Shown here piece after piece: positions 20,812 through 30,600 of a DNA stretch of 64,000 bases (the stretch's first letter is position 1; every line of letters begins with the position of its first letter). The stretch is from Giardia intestinalis. Taxonomy: Eukaryota. The DNA lies in NCBI GenBank assembly GCA_000002435.2, contig CM018790.1; one strand, written 5' to 3'. Both the position numbers and the translations under genes were made by a program. The notes beneath the pieces were generated by a model. It worked only from the letters and a program-made list of their open reading frames with translations, had not been told where the DNA came from and ran no database searches.

Positions 20812-22851
20812 ATGGCCGAATTGCACTTCTCGGCTCAGGCACGTCCCGAGAGTGGTCTAGAGTCAACAACCGAGTCAGAAGGGGACACAAATACCAATAC
20901 AGAGGAAAAATTGACCAAAACGCCAGGGCGCGGAGTTGACCTCCTTGAGCCATTTCAAGTCAAAGCAACAGCTGACCTGAATATCTTTGAGTCAGATGAC
21001 GAGAGCCAGGAGCAGCCGAAGGCCTGTGTGCCTAGCAACGGCGCCTCTGGAGGTAATACAAACGAGGCCGTCAAAGGTGCGCAAAACGGTAATCCTCCGG
21101 ACGAGAGGCAGCGGCGCGCACACGGATTACACATTGACATAAAGGCATGTCTCAAGACTCTGTGTCACGGCAGAGTGCCGATACAATACGTCTCTGATGG
21201 CACAGAGGCATCCGATTGCGCAACACACCTGTTAGTTTCGTACAAGTCAGTGCGCAATCTCACCCCTCAGCAACACTGGCATACCTTTTCAAGAAATGAA
21301 GACTGTGCGCTGAGTGCAACACCAGAGATTGGTCTAGGCCTTGCCGCAGCTTGTAAAGAGGGGAAAAAAGCATTCGATGAAACGCAAGACAAGTCTGCCA
21401 ATAAACAAGAGAATGACTTCATGCTTCACTTTGCATCAGCTGAAGCCGTCATTCCTCATCCATCCCCACGCACAGAAGTCGCTGACAACAGTGACGTGGA
21501 TCGACATCCAGGTATAACAGGGAACCAGGAGCTTCTGGTTCCTGCGGTAGCTCATTTTATTTCGCATCCAGGTCAAGGTATTGATAAGATGCCTAGCATG
21601 CAGAATCTTACCAGCTACGCGTACTGTGCACAAATGGTCGATGGCGTGCCACTTCCCCCGCCTCTAGAGAACGCTTGGTATTTTCGATTCACCAGCGCTG
21701 GGGACCTTAAGACACCAATGGACTATGCCATAGACAAGCTGGCTCTACGAACCTGCTCCTATACCTACTCTGCCATGTGCGGTACTAAATCGCTGTTGTT
21801 CAACTACTATGTAGCCGGTGATACCAGCTATGACCCTGTGCTCATCATCCCAGACTTCTATCAAACCCCTCTCTGTGTCGCACCTCTCATCAACCTGCTA
21901 GTCCGAAAAAAGAAGTGTGTGTACATACTAGACATTTCCACAATAGCTACTCGCCTCATGACGCATGAAATTATTGTTTGTTACACAGAGTTTATACTCA
22001 ATGTTTGTCTTCATTTTAGAACCGCGGGAAGAAGGCGATCCAGCACGGTCGGGATGGGCATACAGGAGACGGCGAGAAAGATCAGCCTCATCGGCCAAGG
22101 ATCCGGTGCAAACGTTGCCCTCAAGCTTGCAATCGCGGTCACGATACTTAGTGATGGCTTGGACACCCTTTACACCTATGACTTCGCCAGGCTAGTAACT
22201 GCCCGGCTTATGCGCGATGGTATGAGTAGCGTCAATCTTACGACGATGCTATCTATCCGGTCTGTTATTCTTTGCAATCCGCATATGCCCACCTTTGAGA
22301 CCGTTCTGAAAAATAAAAACGCCCTCATGAGCAAATTAATCAAGCAACCAAGAACCGTTAATTCTAACCGATCAGCCCTACTCTATGCCCTTGGATATGA
22401 TACGGGGATGGTTGCAAGCAGTAAGATGCCAATCGGGGCATTTCCCAATCCTAGCGTGTCAACCAGCCAAACGCCGGCGTCAATAAAGCCAAACTACTTA
22501 AGTTTCTGCCCGCAAGAGCTTCTTGACTTTTATAAGACGCAAATAACCACCTATAACAAGGCGATGTTCCTTTCGATGTCTATCTTGGGGAAAATAGGTG
22601 CACCTGTGGAGGACGAAGATGGCCCTGCTCTCAGCGTATTTGAGATGTACACAAGCTTGACTCCTCTGCATCGGAGCAGCTTTCCACTGAATATTTTCCT
22701 GGGCAGTGACTATAACCTCTTTAGCGGAGAGGATCTGAACCTGCTCTCATCTCTTGGGGATGATAACACCACTGTCTTGCTGCGGACCGTACCAGGATGT
22801 GGTGTAGACATGCTCAATACATGCAAGGACATTCTATGCCACATGCTTTAG
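20812..22851 (+). CDS. Hypothetical protein, 679 aa
   Basis: Long ORF with no motif I recognise. Its 3' end overlaps the next gene by 4 nt. Confidence 0.5.
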   Translation: MAELHFSAQARPESGLESTTESEGDTNTNTEEKLTKTPGRGVDLLEPFQVKATADLNIFESDDESQEQPKACVPSNGASGGNTNEAVKGAQNGNPPDERQRRAHGLHIDIKACLKTLCHGRVPIQYVSDGTEASDCATHLLVSYKSVRNLTPQQHWHTFSRNEDCALSATPEIGLGLAAACKEGKKAFDETQDKSANKQENDFMLHFASAEAVIPHPSPRTEVADNSDVDRHPGITGNQELLVPAVAHFISHPGQGIDKMPSMQNLTSYAYCAQMVDGVPLPPPLENAWYFRFTSAGDLKTPMDYAIDKLALRTCSYTYSAMCGTKSLLFNYYVAGDTSYDPVLIIPDFYQTPLCVAPLINLLVRKKKCVYILDISTIATRLMTHEIIVCYTEFILNVCLHFRTAGRRRSSTVGMGIQETARKISLIGQGSGANVALKLAIAVTILSDGLDTLYTYDFARLVTARLMRDGMSSVNLTTMLSIRSVILCNPHMPTFETVLKNKNALMSKLIKQPRTVNSNRSALLYALGYDTGMVASSKMPIGAFPNPSVSTSQTPASIKPNYLSFCPQELLDFYKTQITTYNKAMFLSMSILGKIGAPVEDEDGPALSVFEMYTSLTPLHRSSFPLNIFLGSDYNLFSGEDLNLLSSLGDDNTTVLLRTVPGCGVDMLNTCKDILCHML

Positions 22852-24191
22852 TTAACTTGACTCGGGGCTATCGTCACCCTTATAGCGTGCCCCCACACTA
22901 CGAGTTCTGGGGCTTCCACTAATATGTTAACTGCACTATCGAAGCCTGCCAACTCTGCACTGGTATCCATGCTCTTTACGTCTATGCATAGTTTCAACGA
23001 AGCAGTGTATGTCTGTGTGTTAGACATTGCATAACCAAAGGCGGTAATAGACAGCGGTGAATCTACTAGAAAGTGTTTAGTAAATCTATCATAGAACTCC
23101 TCCTTTGTCATGAAGTGCGGTATGTTTTCGCAGTAAACCGTGCTAGTGGGTGGCTCCCCGGCGGCTCTAGCGAAGGACGGCAGAAGTAGTTTATTTGAAT
23201 CGGCACGTGTGATTGCAGAAACTACAGTTGGTGTGTATCTAAATCTATTAAAGGACTCTTGAAAGTGAGATACAGCATAGCATGGCTGTGTAAAGGGGAG
23301 CTGACCAGACGCTGGAAAGCTGCAAAGGGAAAGATCCAACTTAAGTGCCTCACTCTTACACGAGGCCATTGCCGAATGAATTGCCCTTCGCAATATCTTG
23401 ATTAGCTTCTTTCGTCTTCTGGAGCAAAGTAAGCTGCTTTTAACGGGTATTGCCGTGATAAACCTGGCCATACTTCTTGCTAGGCTAGAGCAGCACAAGG
23501 ATGGTTGAATGGCGGCCAGTAGCTCCCCAATGTACAACAATCTATCACCACTAACAATCCTGTACCTGAGGAAGAGTTTTGAAGCTGAAAGAAGCATCAA
23601 AATCCATGCTTTTGATTGATCCCCCGAGACTGTGCCGGAGAGCTTATCTGAGGGTGGCTGCATATCTAGATAGCAAGCTAGAAGCTTATCAACCAGAAGC
23701 GCGGTTCGTTGCGGTGCGTGCAGGTGAGCGTCTTGCAATTCTATGAGAAAATAACGGATCAATTGCTTAAAACAGTCGCTTTTGGGATCTATGTATACTA
23801 TGGGAGATGATAGGTACCTGTCTGCTGCCTCTAAACACTCCTCCAGTATCTTGCTGTCAAAGTAGGCTGATTGCTTCATCCTGCTCGTCAAGATCTCCAA
23901 TCCCTGGACAAAGTGAAGTGTGTTGCAGTCTGTTCGAGGTGCGCTTGCAGTAAAGTCTACCACAAGGCACAGCGAAAGGCCTTGGAGATACTGAGCTGTG
24001 GTTGTGTTAGATGCCTTCAACATTGCATTGCATAATAAGCTGATAGCAGATAAGAAGAATCTCCCGCCCTGAAGCCTAGCCATATTGACCATTGTGTGGC
24101 TAAGGTTCGTACCTTGCCAGAGCTGCGGGCCCATAAACGATAAAAATGAATAATACCTATCAGGGCGTACAGCTGCAACTTGAGAATGCAC
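22848..24191 (-). CDS. Hypothetical protein, 447 aa
   Basis: Long ORF. The listed start overlaps the divergent AAA ATPase start; the true start is probably the internal Met at about 24134. Confidence 0.5.
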   Translation of the reverse strand: MHSQVAAVRPDRYYSFLSFMGPQLWQGTNLSHTMVNMARLQGGRFFLSAISLLCNAMLKASNTTTAQYLQGLSLCLVVDFTASAPRTDCNTLHFVQGLEILTSRMKQSAYFDSKILEECLEAADRYLSSPIVYIDPKSDCFKQLIRYFLIELQDAHLHAPQRTALLVDKLLACYLDMQPPSDKLSGTVSGDQSKAWILMLLSASKLFLRYRIVSGDRLLYIGELLAAIQPSLCCSSLARSMARFITAIPVKSSLLCSRRRKKLIKILRRAIHSAMASCKSEALKLDLSLCSFPASGQLPFTQPCYAVSHFQESFNRFRYTPTVVSAITRADSNKLLLPSFARAAGEPPTSTVYCENIPHFMTKEEFYDRFTKHFLVDSPLSITAFGYAMSNTQTYTASLKLCIDVKSMDTSAELAGFDSAVNILVEAPELVVWGHAIRVTIAPSQVN

Positions 24192-25651
24192 GCTCTCTTG
24201 TGGCCATGAAAATGGAGCAAATAGGTCTAGGGATATATACTGATATTATAGTTCGGGTTTCAGAGGCCCTTGAGCAGGCTGAAAAAGGTGACCCAGATCT
24301 CTCCAATCTTTTGCTTTTAGCGAAATATGAACTCGTTGATCAAGTAAGAAAAAATCCACAGTACTTCTACTTCATAGAAGCGCTAGGAGAGCTTATTCAT
24401 GATCAGGCTGTATCACTAGGTCCAATTCAAATTGTACAATCTTCTGCACCTATTTCATCAAAGCCGCCACCAGTAAGATCTTCCAGGCCTATGCCTCATC
24501 GAAAGGGGATGCGTAAGCATTCATCCTTGCAGGCATCCAAGGCGGGCTCTTCAAAGACCGATGGCCCTCGCCCACCAGATGTCAGGCAAAAAGCACCTAT
24601 ACCGAGCACGCGAGCAAAAAATCACATGCCTCTGCGACAGCAATCTGTTGCACCGGCTTCTACACCTACGTTGAAGACACCAGACCGGCGATTTGACGCA
24701 CTTTCGGCTACCAGTTTGGGGCTTTCACAGGAACACTTCAGTAAGATGGCCTCGACACGAGTATGTTTACTTGCTGCCAACCGAATTCGCGTTGCTGGCA
24801 TGAACGGAGTTAAGCGAGAGCTGAGGAGAGTGATAGAATACCCTATTAAGATCCCAAAAATCTTCCGCCACAACGTCTGGCCCACAACAGGGCTACTTCT
24901 TTACGGACCAGCAGGTACTGGCAAAACCTTAATAGCATCATCCGTGGCTACCCAAGCAGGGTACAACTTCTTCAATGTGGCTATCTCTGATATCGTAAGC
25001 AAGTGGAAGGGAGAGGCCGTACTATGTGTTCGTGCACTCTATACGATTGCACGGGCATGCGCACCAAGTGTGGTATTCATAGATGAGATCGATGCTCTTG
25101 TGTGTGGCGATAGTAGGACAACCGATGAGACCTCTGTTCAGATACGAACAGAACTTCAGACCCAACTGGATGGGTTTCAGCACAAGATATCCGACTCCAT
25201 AGAAGGTGATTTGTCTTTCAATCCAGAATCCCTGGTTATTACTATTGGAGCCACAAATTTCCCGTGGAAGCTAGATGGTCCTATTCTTCGAAGATTTACC
25301 AACCGGGTATACATTGGTTTGCCCGATGAAGCAACCGTTAAAGAGCTACTAACTATGTGTGTTGACTTTGATCGTCAAGATCCAGACGTAACGATTGACT
25401 GGCTTATACCCAGATTGGCTGGCTTCAGTAGCGCTGAAATTAGTGCCATTGCCAGCCGTGCCCAGCTATTGTCATATGAAGAAGCGTTTTCAGAGGTAGC
25501 ATCTACCATAGAGCTAGTCGAGAATAATCAAACAATAGTGTTAAAAAACATACTAACCACTCAAAAGCACTGGGACCTAGTCATATCAGACACCAAGCGA
25601 GTGGTCTCTCTAAATGACATTAAGAGGTATGAAGACTGGCAGGCTGAATAG
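24146..25651 (+). CDS. AAA+ ATPase of the meiotic clade (katanin p60 / spastin-like microtubule-severing type)
   Basis: Walker A LLYGPAGTGKTL. SKWKGEA motif (family pattern SKW.GE.EK). Walker B VVFIDEIDAL. Arginine-finger region GATNFPWKLDGPILRRF. C-terminal …YEDWQAE helix as in katanin (YEKWM.EFG). The true start may be the Met at about 24206. Confidence 0.75.
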   Translation: MNNTYQGVQLQLENARSLVAMKMEQIGLGIYTDIIVRVSEALEQAEKGDPDLSNLLLLAKYELVDQVRKNPQYFYFIEALGELIHDQAVSLGPIQIVQSSAPISSKPPPVRSSRPMPHRKGMRKHSSLQASKAGSSKTDGPRPPDVRQKAPIPSTRAKNHMPLRQQSVAPASTPTLKTPDRRFDALSATSLGLSQEHFSKMASTRVCLLAANRIRVAGMNGVKRELRRVIEYPIKIPKIFRHNVWPTTGLLLYGPAGTGKTLIASSVATQAGYNFFNVAISDIVSKWKGEAVLCVRALYTIARACAPSVVFIDEIDALVCGDSRTTDETSVQIRTELQTQLDGFQHKISDSIEGDLSFNPESLVITIGATNFPWKLDGPILRRFTNRVYIGLPDEATVKELLTMCVDFDRQDPDVTIDWLIPRLAGFSSAEISAIASRAQLLSYEEAFSEVASTIELVENNQTIVLKNILTTQKHWDLVISDTKRVVSLNDIKRYEDWQAE

Positions 25652-25659
25652 TAGCATCT

Positions 25660-27249
25660 TCAATGAAGTGTGGTGGTGTTCTCAGTGACAGATTCGTCAA
25701 TTACGTCGGTGGCGTCTGTGAGGTCTGTTCCATGGGTGTCCATCGCATGGTGACGCCGATTCATTCTGCTCATCTTGCTGTTATAATTGTATACGCTATC
25801 GTTGGCAAAAGTCTGCATGTTAGTACTTTCCTTCTGGAACACCACGTCGTTTCGTGTGCAGCTGCCGAGCATGCTCTCCACAGTTCCGCTCTGGCTTACA
25901 TATTCATCAACAGTAAGCTCGAGTAGCTCCTCAACGCTCTTACTGAGAAACCCGGAGATCAGCCGCCGTTTTCTCTGCATCTCTTCCAAAGTATCGCTAT
26001 TATACAGTGAAAATGTATGTGCTTCTATGGAGGAAAGAGTGTCGTTAAGGGTTTGCTCATCTCTCAGCCTCCTGAGAGCTTGTTGTTTGCAGTACAGTAT
26101 CCAGGCTCCCCGGGGAATATTCGACTCTAATACCTTCGTAGGGAAGAGAGCGGGGTCATAGGGGTCTCCAGACGCTTCCATGGGAGCATGCTCTGTGTTA
26201 CCGCCAAGCATGTCCATTTGCAGATCTTGAAGATAATCGTTAACCAGCTTAAACTCCACCATTTTGATCCCTTTGGAGAGTTGGGTCTGCAGCCGTGTGT
26301 TGCGCTCTTTTGTGCTGATAACCGCATTAACGGTTTCATACTCATCGTCATCCAGATATTCAATGGGCTGTTTGCTGTCTTGCTGGGAGATCTGATCGTC
26401 TGTCTGTAGCTGCACGGCAGGTTGGATCATCGTTAGGCTTGGTGATACCACAGGGGTATACGTCGCCACAGGCTCTGCTTGAAGCGTCACAGCCACAAAC
26501 TTTCCGCTTAATTGCCACTTGTTCTCGTGGGAGTTGAGAAGATCAATTGCATAGGTGTCTTGTGTGGCATTAGCGATGTCTCGAGCCTGAGTCAGTTCGT
26601 CGAGTGAGATATATAGTAAGTTATTCTCTTGGAGAAAGAAGCGCACCATATCATAGCACTTGAGGAAGATTGCTAGAGCAAGTGGTCTGAGCCCTCGGTA
26701 GGTATCGGTGAAGAGATGGGGCAAGAGAAGTTTCACGCATTCGGGCTTGTTAAACTCTATAGCGTAGTAGAGGGCACTCTTCTGGTCTCCCGTTTTTATC
26801 AGGTACTCATAAGGTAAAAGAAGCTCCACGACTTCTGGGTGGCCAGCGCTTGCGGCGTACATCAGGGCAGTCTGGTACTGCATATCGTGCATCCCGTGCT
26901 CTTTATTCAAGAGTATCTTCACGACAGAAATGCGATTGTGAGAAGATGCGAGCATGAGCGCTGTTCGACCATAGCAGTCAGATGTGCTCACATATGTAGA
27001 AGAAAGGGTCTGGATAGTTTTGGCGTCCCCCTTAATGGCGGCTTCGAACCATTGAGAGGTTAGCATTTTTTTGTAGTTTGATGTTTTGCAGGATTTATTT
27101 ACGACCACGATTTGTGCTACAGATCCACTGCAATGCACATAGGCTCGCATGCTCCTCTGCTTGATCTCCCCATGCAGTTTTATATAAGCAACGTTGCACT
27201 GTGTGACTCCAAAAACAAAGTTTGTGATGCATCCATCTACAGAGTGCAC
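25660..27249 (-). CDS. Ankyrin-repeat protein (Giardia 'Protein 21.1' type) with a coiled-coil C-terminal half
   Basis: Several ankyrin repeats (GRTALMLASSHNRISVVKILL…, QTALMYAASAGHPEVVELLL…, KSALYYAIEFNKPECVKLLL…) followed by a Q/E-rich coiled-coil region. Confidence 0.7.
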   Translation of the reverse strand: MHSVDGCITNFVFGVTQCNVAYIKLHGEIKQRSMRAYVHCSGSVAQIVVVNKSCKTSNYKKMLTSQWFEAAIKGDAKTIQTLSSTYVSTSDCYGRTALMLASSHNRISVVKILLNKEHGMHDMQYQTALMYAASAGHPEVVELLLPYEYLIKTGDQKSALYYAIEFNKPECVKLLLPHLFTDTYRGLRPLALAIFLKCYDMVRFFLQENNLLYISLDELTQARDIANATQDTYAIDLLNSHENKWQLSGKFVAVTLQAEPVATYTPVVSPSLTMIQPAVQLQTDDQISQQDSKQPIEYLDDDEYETVNAVISTKERNTRLQTQLSKGIKMVEFKLVNDYLQDLQMDMLGGNTEHAPMEASGDPYDPALFPTKVLESNIPRGAWILYCKQQALRRLRDEQTLNDTLSSIEAHTFSLYNSDTLEEMQRKRRLISGFLSKSVEELLELTVDEYVSQSGTVESMLGSCTRNDVVFQKESTNMQTFANDSVYNYNSKMSRMNRRHHAMDTHGTDLTDATDVIDESVTENTTTLH

Positions 27250-27671
27250 GATATTAGGAGGTTGGTGTGATATTCCAGTTAAGAACTTAGAACGGAGGAT
27301 TCTCAGAGCCCTTAAGCACTATCTAAAAGAACACAAACAACCGGGGGTAAAGAAGGTTTTTGCGTGCAGCTCAAAGTGTGTTTGCGGACAACTGATACGC
27401 GTACTTTATGCATCATCCAATGGGACCTGCCATCAGGCTGTCATTCACGATGATATTGATCGGCTTTATGTAAGATCTATTGAGGAGCATAGTCCTGCAT
27501 GAATTATCCTGCAGACACACTGATTGGGTGGAGCCCTCCACAAGCGTTTCCTATAGCCTCCTTCTTTGCTGTATACCCACTTCTGCTGCCATGCCAGCAG
27601 AAGCCCTAGTAAACTCTGGTAAACATAGCTTATAAAATTCTCACTGTCCGCTGATCTAGAAAGCCCTTATA

Positions 27672-30600
27672 ATGTACATACAGGAGATAATCCTCGATGG
27701 ATTCAAGTCCTATGCCACCCAAACGCGCATCGGACCCTTTGATCCATCGTTTACTGCGATAACCGGGCTGAATGGAACGGGGAAGTCCAATGTCCTGGAC
27801 GCTATTTGCTTTGTTCTAGGCATTTCATCCTTGTCGAGAATACGAGTCACTAGCCTTACGGAGCTTATTTACAAGCAGGGACAGGCGGGGATTACAAAGG
27901 CAAGTGCCACCCTCGTCCTAAACAACGAGGATCCAGCACAATCTCCGCCTGGATACGAGTCATATCCAGTCCTGGAAATATCACGACAGATCTTCAAGAA
28001 CGGTACCACAAAGTACTTGCTTAACGGAACGGTCTCTAAGCTGAGGGTAATCAAGCATCTATTTAGGTCTGCAGGACTCAACGTCGACAATCCAACCTTC
28101 CTAGTCTTGCAGGGAAGAATTACTACAATTCTTTCGATGAAGCCCATGGAGCTGCTGGGGCTCATTGAGGAGTGCGCAGGAACTACCATATATGACAATA
28201 ACAGAAGCGAAGCAGTCAAGATTTTCTCCGCAAAGGAGTCTAAGTTGCAAGAGGTTTCAGACACGCTATCTTTAGATATCTTTCCACGACTACAAAAGTT
28301 AGATTCGGAGAGGCAAGCAGCTGTGGAGCTGGGAAGGTTAGAAAGCGCCATGAAGACCATGGGACTTCTTGCAGACGCACATAAACTGCATGCTATGGCT
28401 GTCCAGTTTTTATCCATTTGCCAAGCAAAGCGGGCACAGCAGGCACATATTCAAGAAATTGTTCAAGAGAGCAAGATGATTGAGGAGCACACACGGGAGC
28501 TCGTGGAAGCTATACGAGCTCTTGACATCGAGGCACAGGGATTTGAGGCAAACACACAACTTGAAAGGCTGACTTCAGAATATAGCGGCGCAAAATCTGA
28601 AATGGAAGTGCTTGCAGAGCGTGTACGCGCCATGCAATCGCAGAAAGTTACGCTGCGGAAGGTCATCTGTGACACTGAAGGCTCATATAAAGCAATCAAA
28701 GAGAAAATCTCCAGATTTCAGCAAGATCTTAAAAAGGTGGACAATGACCCCAAGGTGCGGTGCCTTGCCGAAAAACTCGACCAAATCTTGACAGAGCAAA
28801 AGCTTACTGAGGCGCGGCTCATGCTAACCACTAGCGGCAGCCTCTTGAAAGCTAATGTCAAGAAGGATTTCTTGAGAATATCTGTCCCCCTCACTATAGA
28901 TGACGGTCTCGCTTCACCAGGTCCTGCCCTAGTGGAGTTCCAGAGTGGCATCCGGTCGCTCCTTTCTTCTTGTCCTCATCCAAGCAATTCTATGGATATT
29001 TATAGCACTCTTTGGGCAAAGATGCCACAGATTCTTCACAGCGAGGGTCATGTCATGCTGGAGCGCTTTATTGGAGACTCTGCCGATTGGGTGTTTTCCC
29101 TACGAGGAGCAGATGCACTCACTCCATCAGAAATCCTTTCTAACCTTTCGCTTCTCTTCTCCAAGATATCTGTGGACATAGAGTCTCCGTTGGGTGCTTT
29201 TGTTTCTACGCACGCAAAGATTGCATTTTCATCTACAAATGGCTTGAAGGTAGCGGCCGAAACAGACGAGGCCAATGCAGGGACGTTGGGACAAAAGATT
29301 CAGGGGCTCTTCGGGCATCTAGGAAAATTATTGGCGCAAATTACGGAGCTTTCTGCTCTCTTTGTCTCCATTGGGCACCCCGAAGCTGCGCAACATGGAC
29401 CAGCGGTCCTGCAGCCCAAGCAAACTGAACTATACACCCTAATAGTCAATCCGAAGACAGGCTTCATGGATACAGACCAGTTTCAGGCCATGGACACTCT
29501 GAAGGATGAATTAACTAAACTGTTGCAGATGGACCACCAAGCTCTATTCTCAGAGATGAACAATACTGCTGGTGTCCTGTTTGGCATGCTTTGTGCCCAC
29601 ATACTACAGGGTCACGATATGAGTATGAAGGCGCTTAACCTGTCTTCTCTTCGGTACATAGACATGTTGGAGGGGTCAATTCGGCCCTTGCGGCTACTAG
29701 CAATCAAGTTTTTTGACACTCTTGCCCAGCGAGTAACAGCATTTGCATCACGTGTGGATACAGCACTTATGGATGTGTCTCCTAATGCATGCCTCGCCAC
29801 GGTATTGAAAGCATGTTCAGCCAATGCCTCCTTTTCTGCTGTTGCATATATGATTGCATCTCTTCCTTTGGATACCAGACTAGCATATGACCTCATAGGT
29901 CCGACCTTGGGATTCTTTACCATAAACACAAAGCGAATAGAAGAGTATTGCCAGGAGACCTGTGGATTCGTTGATGAGCGCCGCTATTGTCAGGTCATAC
30001 GCATCTTAGAAATGGTCGCTTTGCCAAAGTTATTTCATGTCGTCTTTACTTCAGCGGAGAAGGCCATGAAGTTCATAAGAAGTAAGGCCGTCTGCACAGA
30101 ACGAATCACCGCCGTTCCTCTTGATAAGATTAGCAGGAAAGGAATACGAAACTGCCGCGATGTGCAGGACGCTCTTGTTAAAGAGAGGGCGTTCTTCCTT
30201 ACTGATTTCGTTAGCAGCATTAACTCCACGGTCTCTGATTATGTCTTTGGAAAAGCTGTACTATGTGAGAGTACAGCCTCAGCACGTCGGATCGCATATT
30301 CCTCATCCCTCGGGTTCAAGTGCATAACACTTGACGGAGATGTCGTGAGTCCAAGCGGAAATGTCTCCGGAGGAAGCCGGAGTTTCAATTTATCCAGTCC
30401 AGCCAGTGTATTTAGTGCTGCGGATACATACCGGCGGAACGGGGGTGCTCAGGTCCTCCTGACCCCGGTGAAGGGAACAGAAGCGGAATTCGTTGACAAT
30501 ACTGCTAGCAGCCTTTACTATGAATTCGTCAAGATGGAGGCGCCGACTTCCAGCCAAGCAAGAAACATACATGTTGCAGTGAGCAAGGTTGTTGATGCTG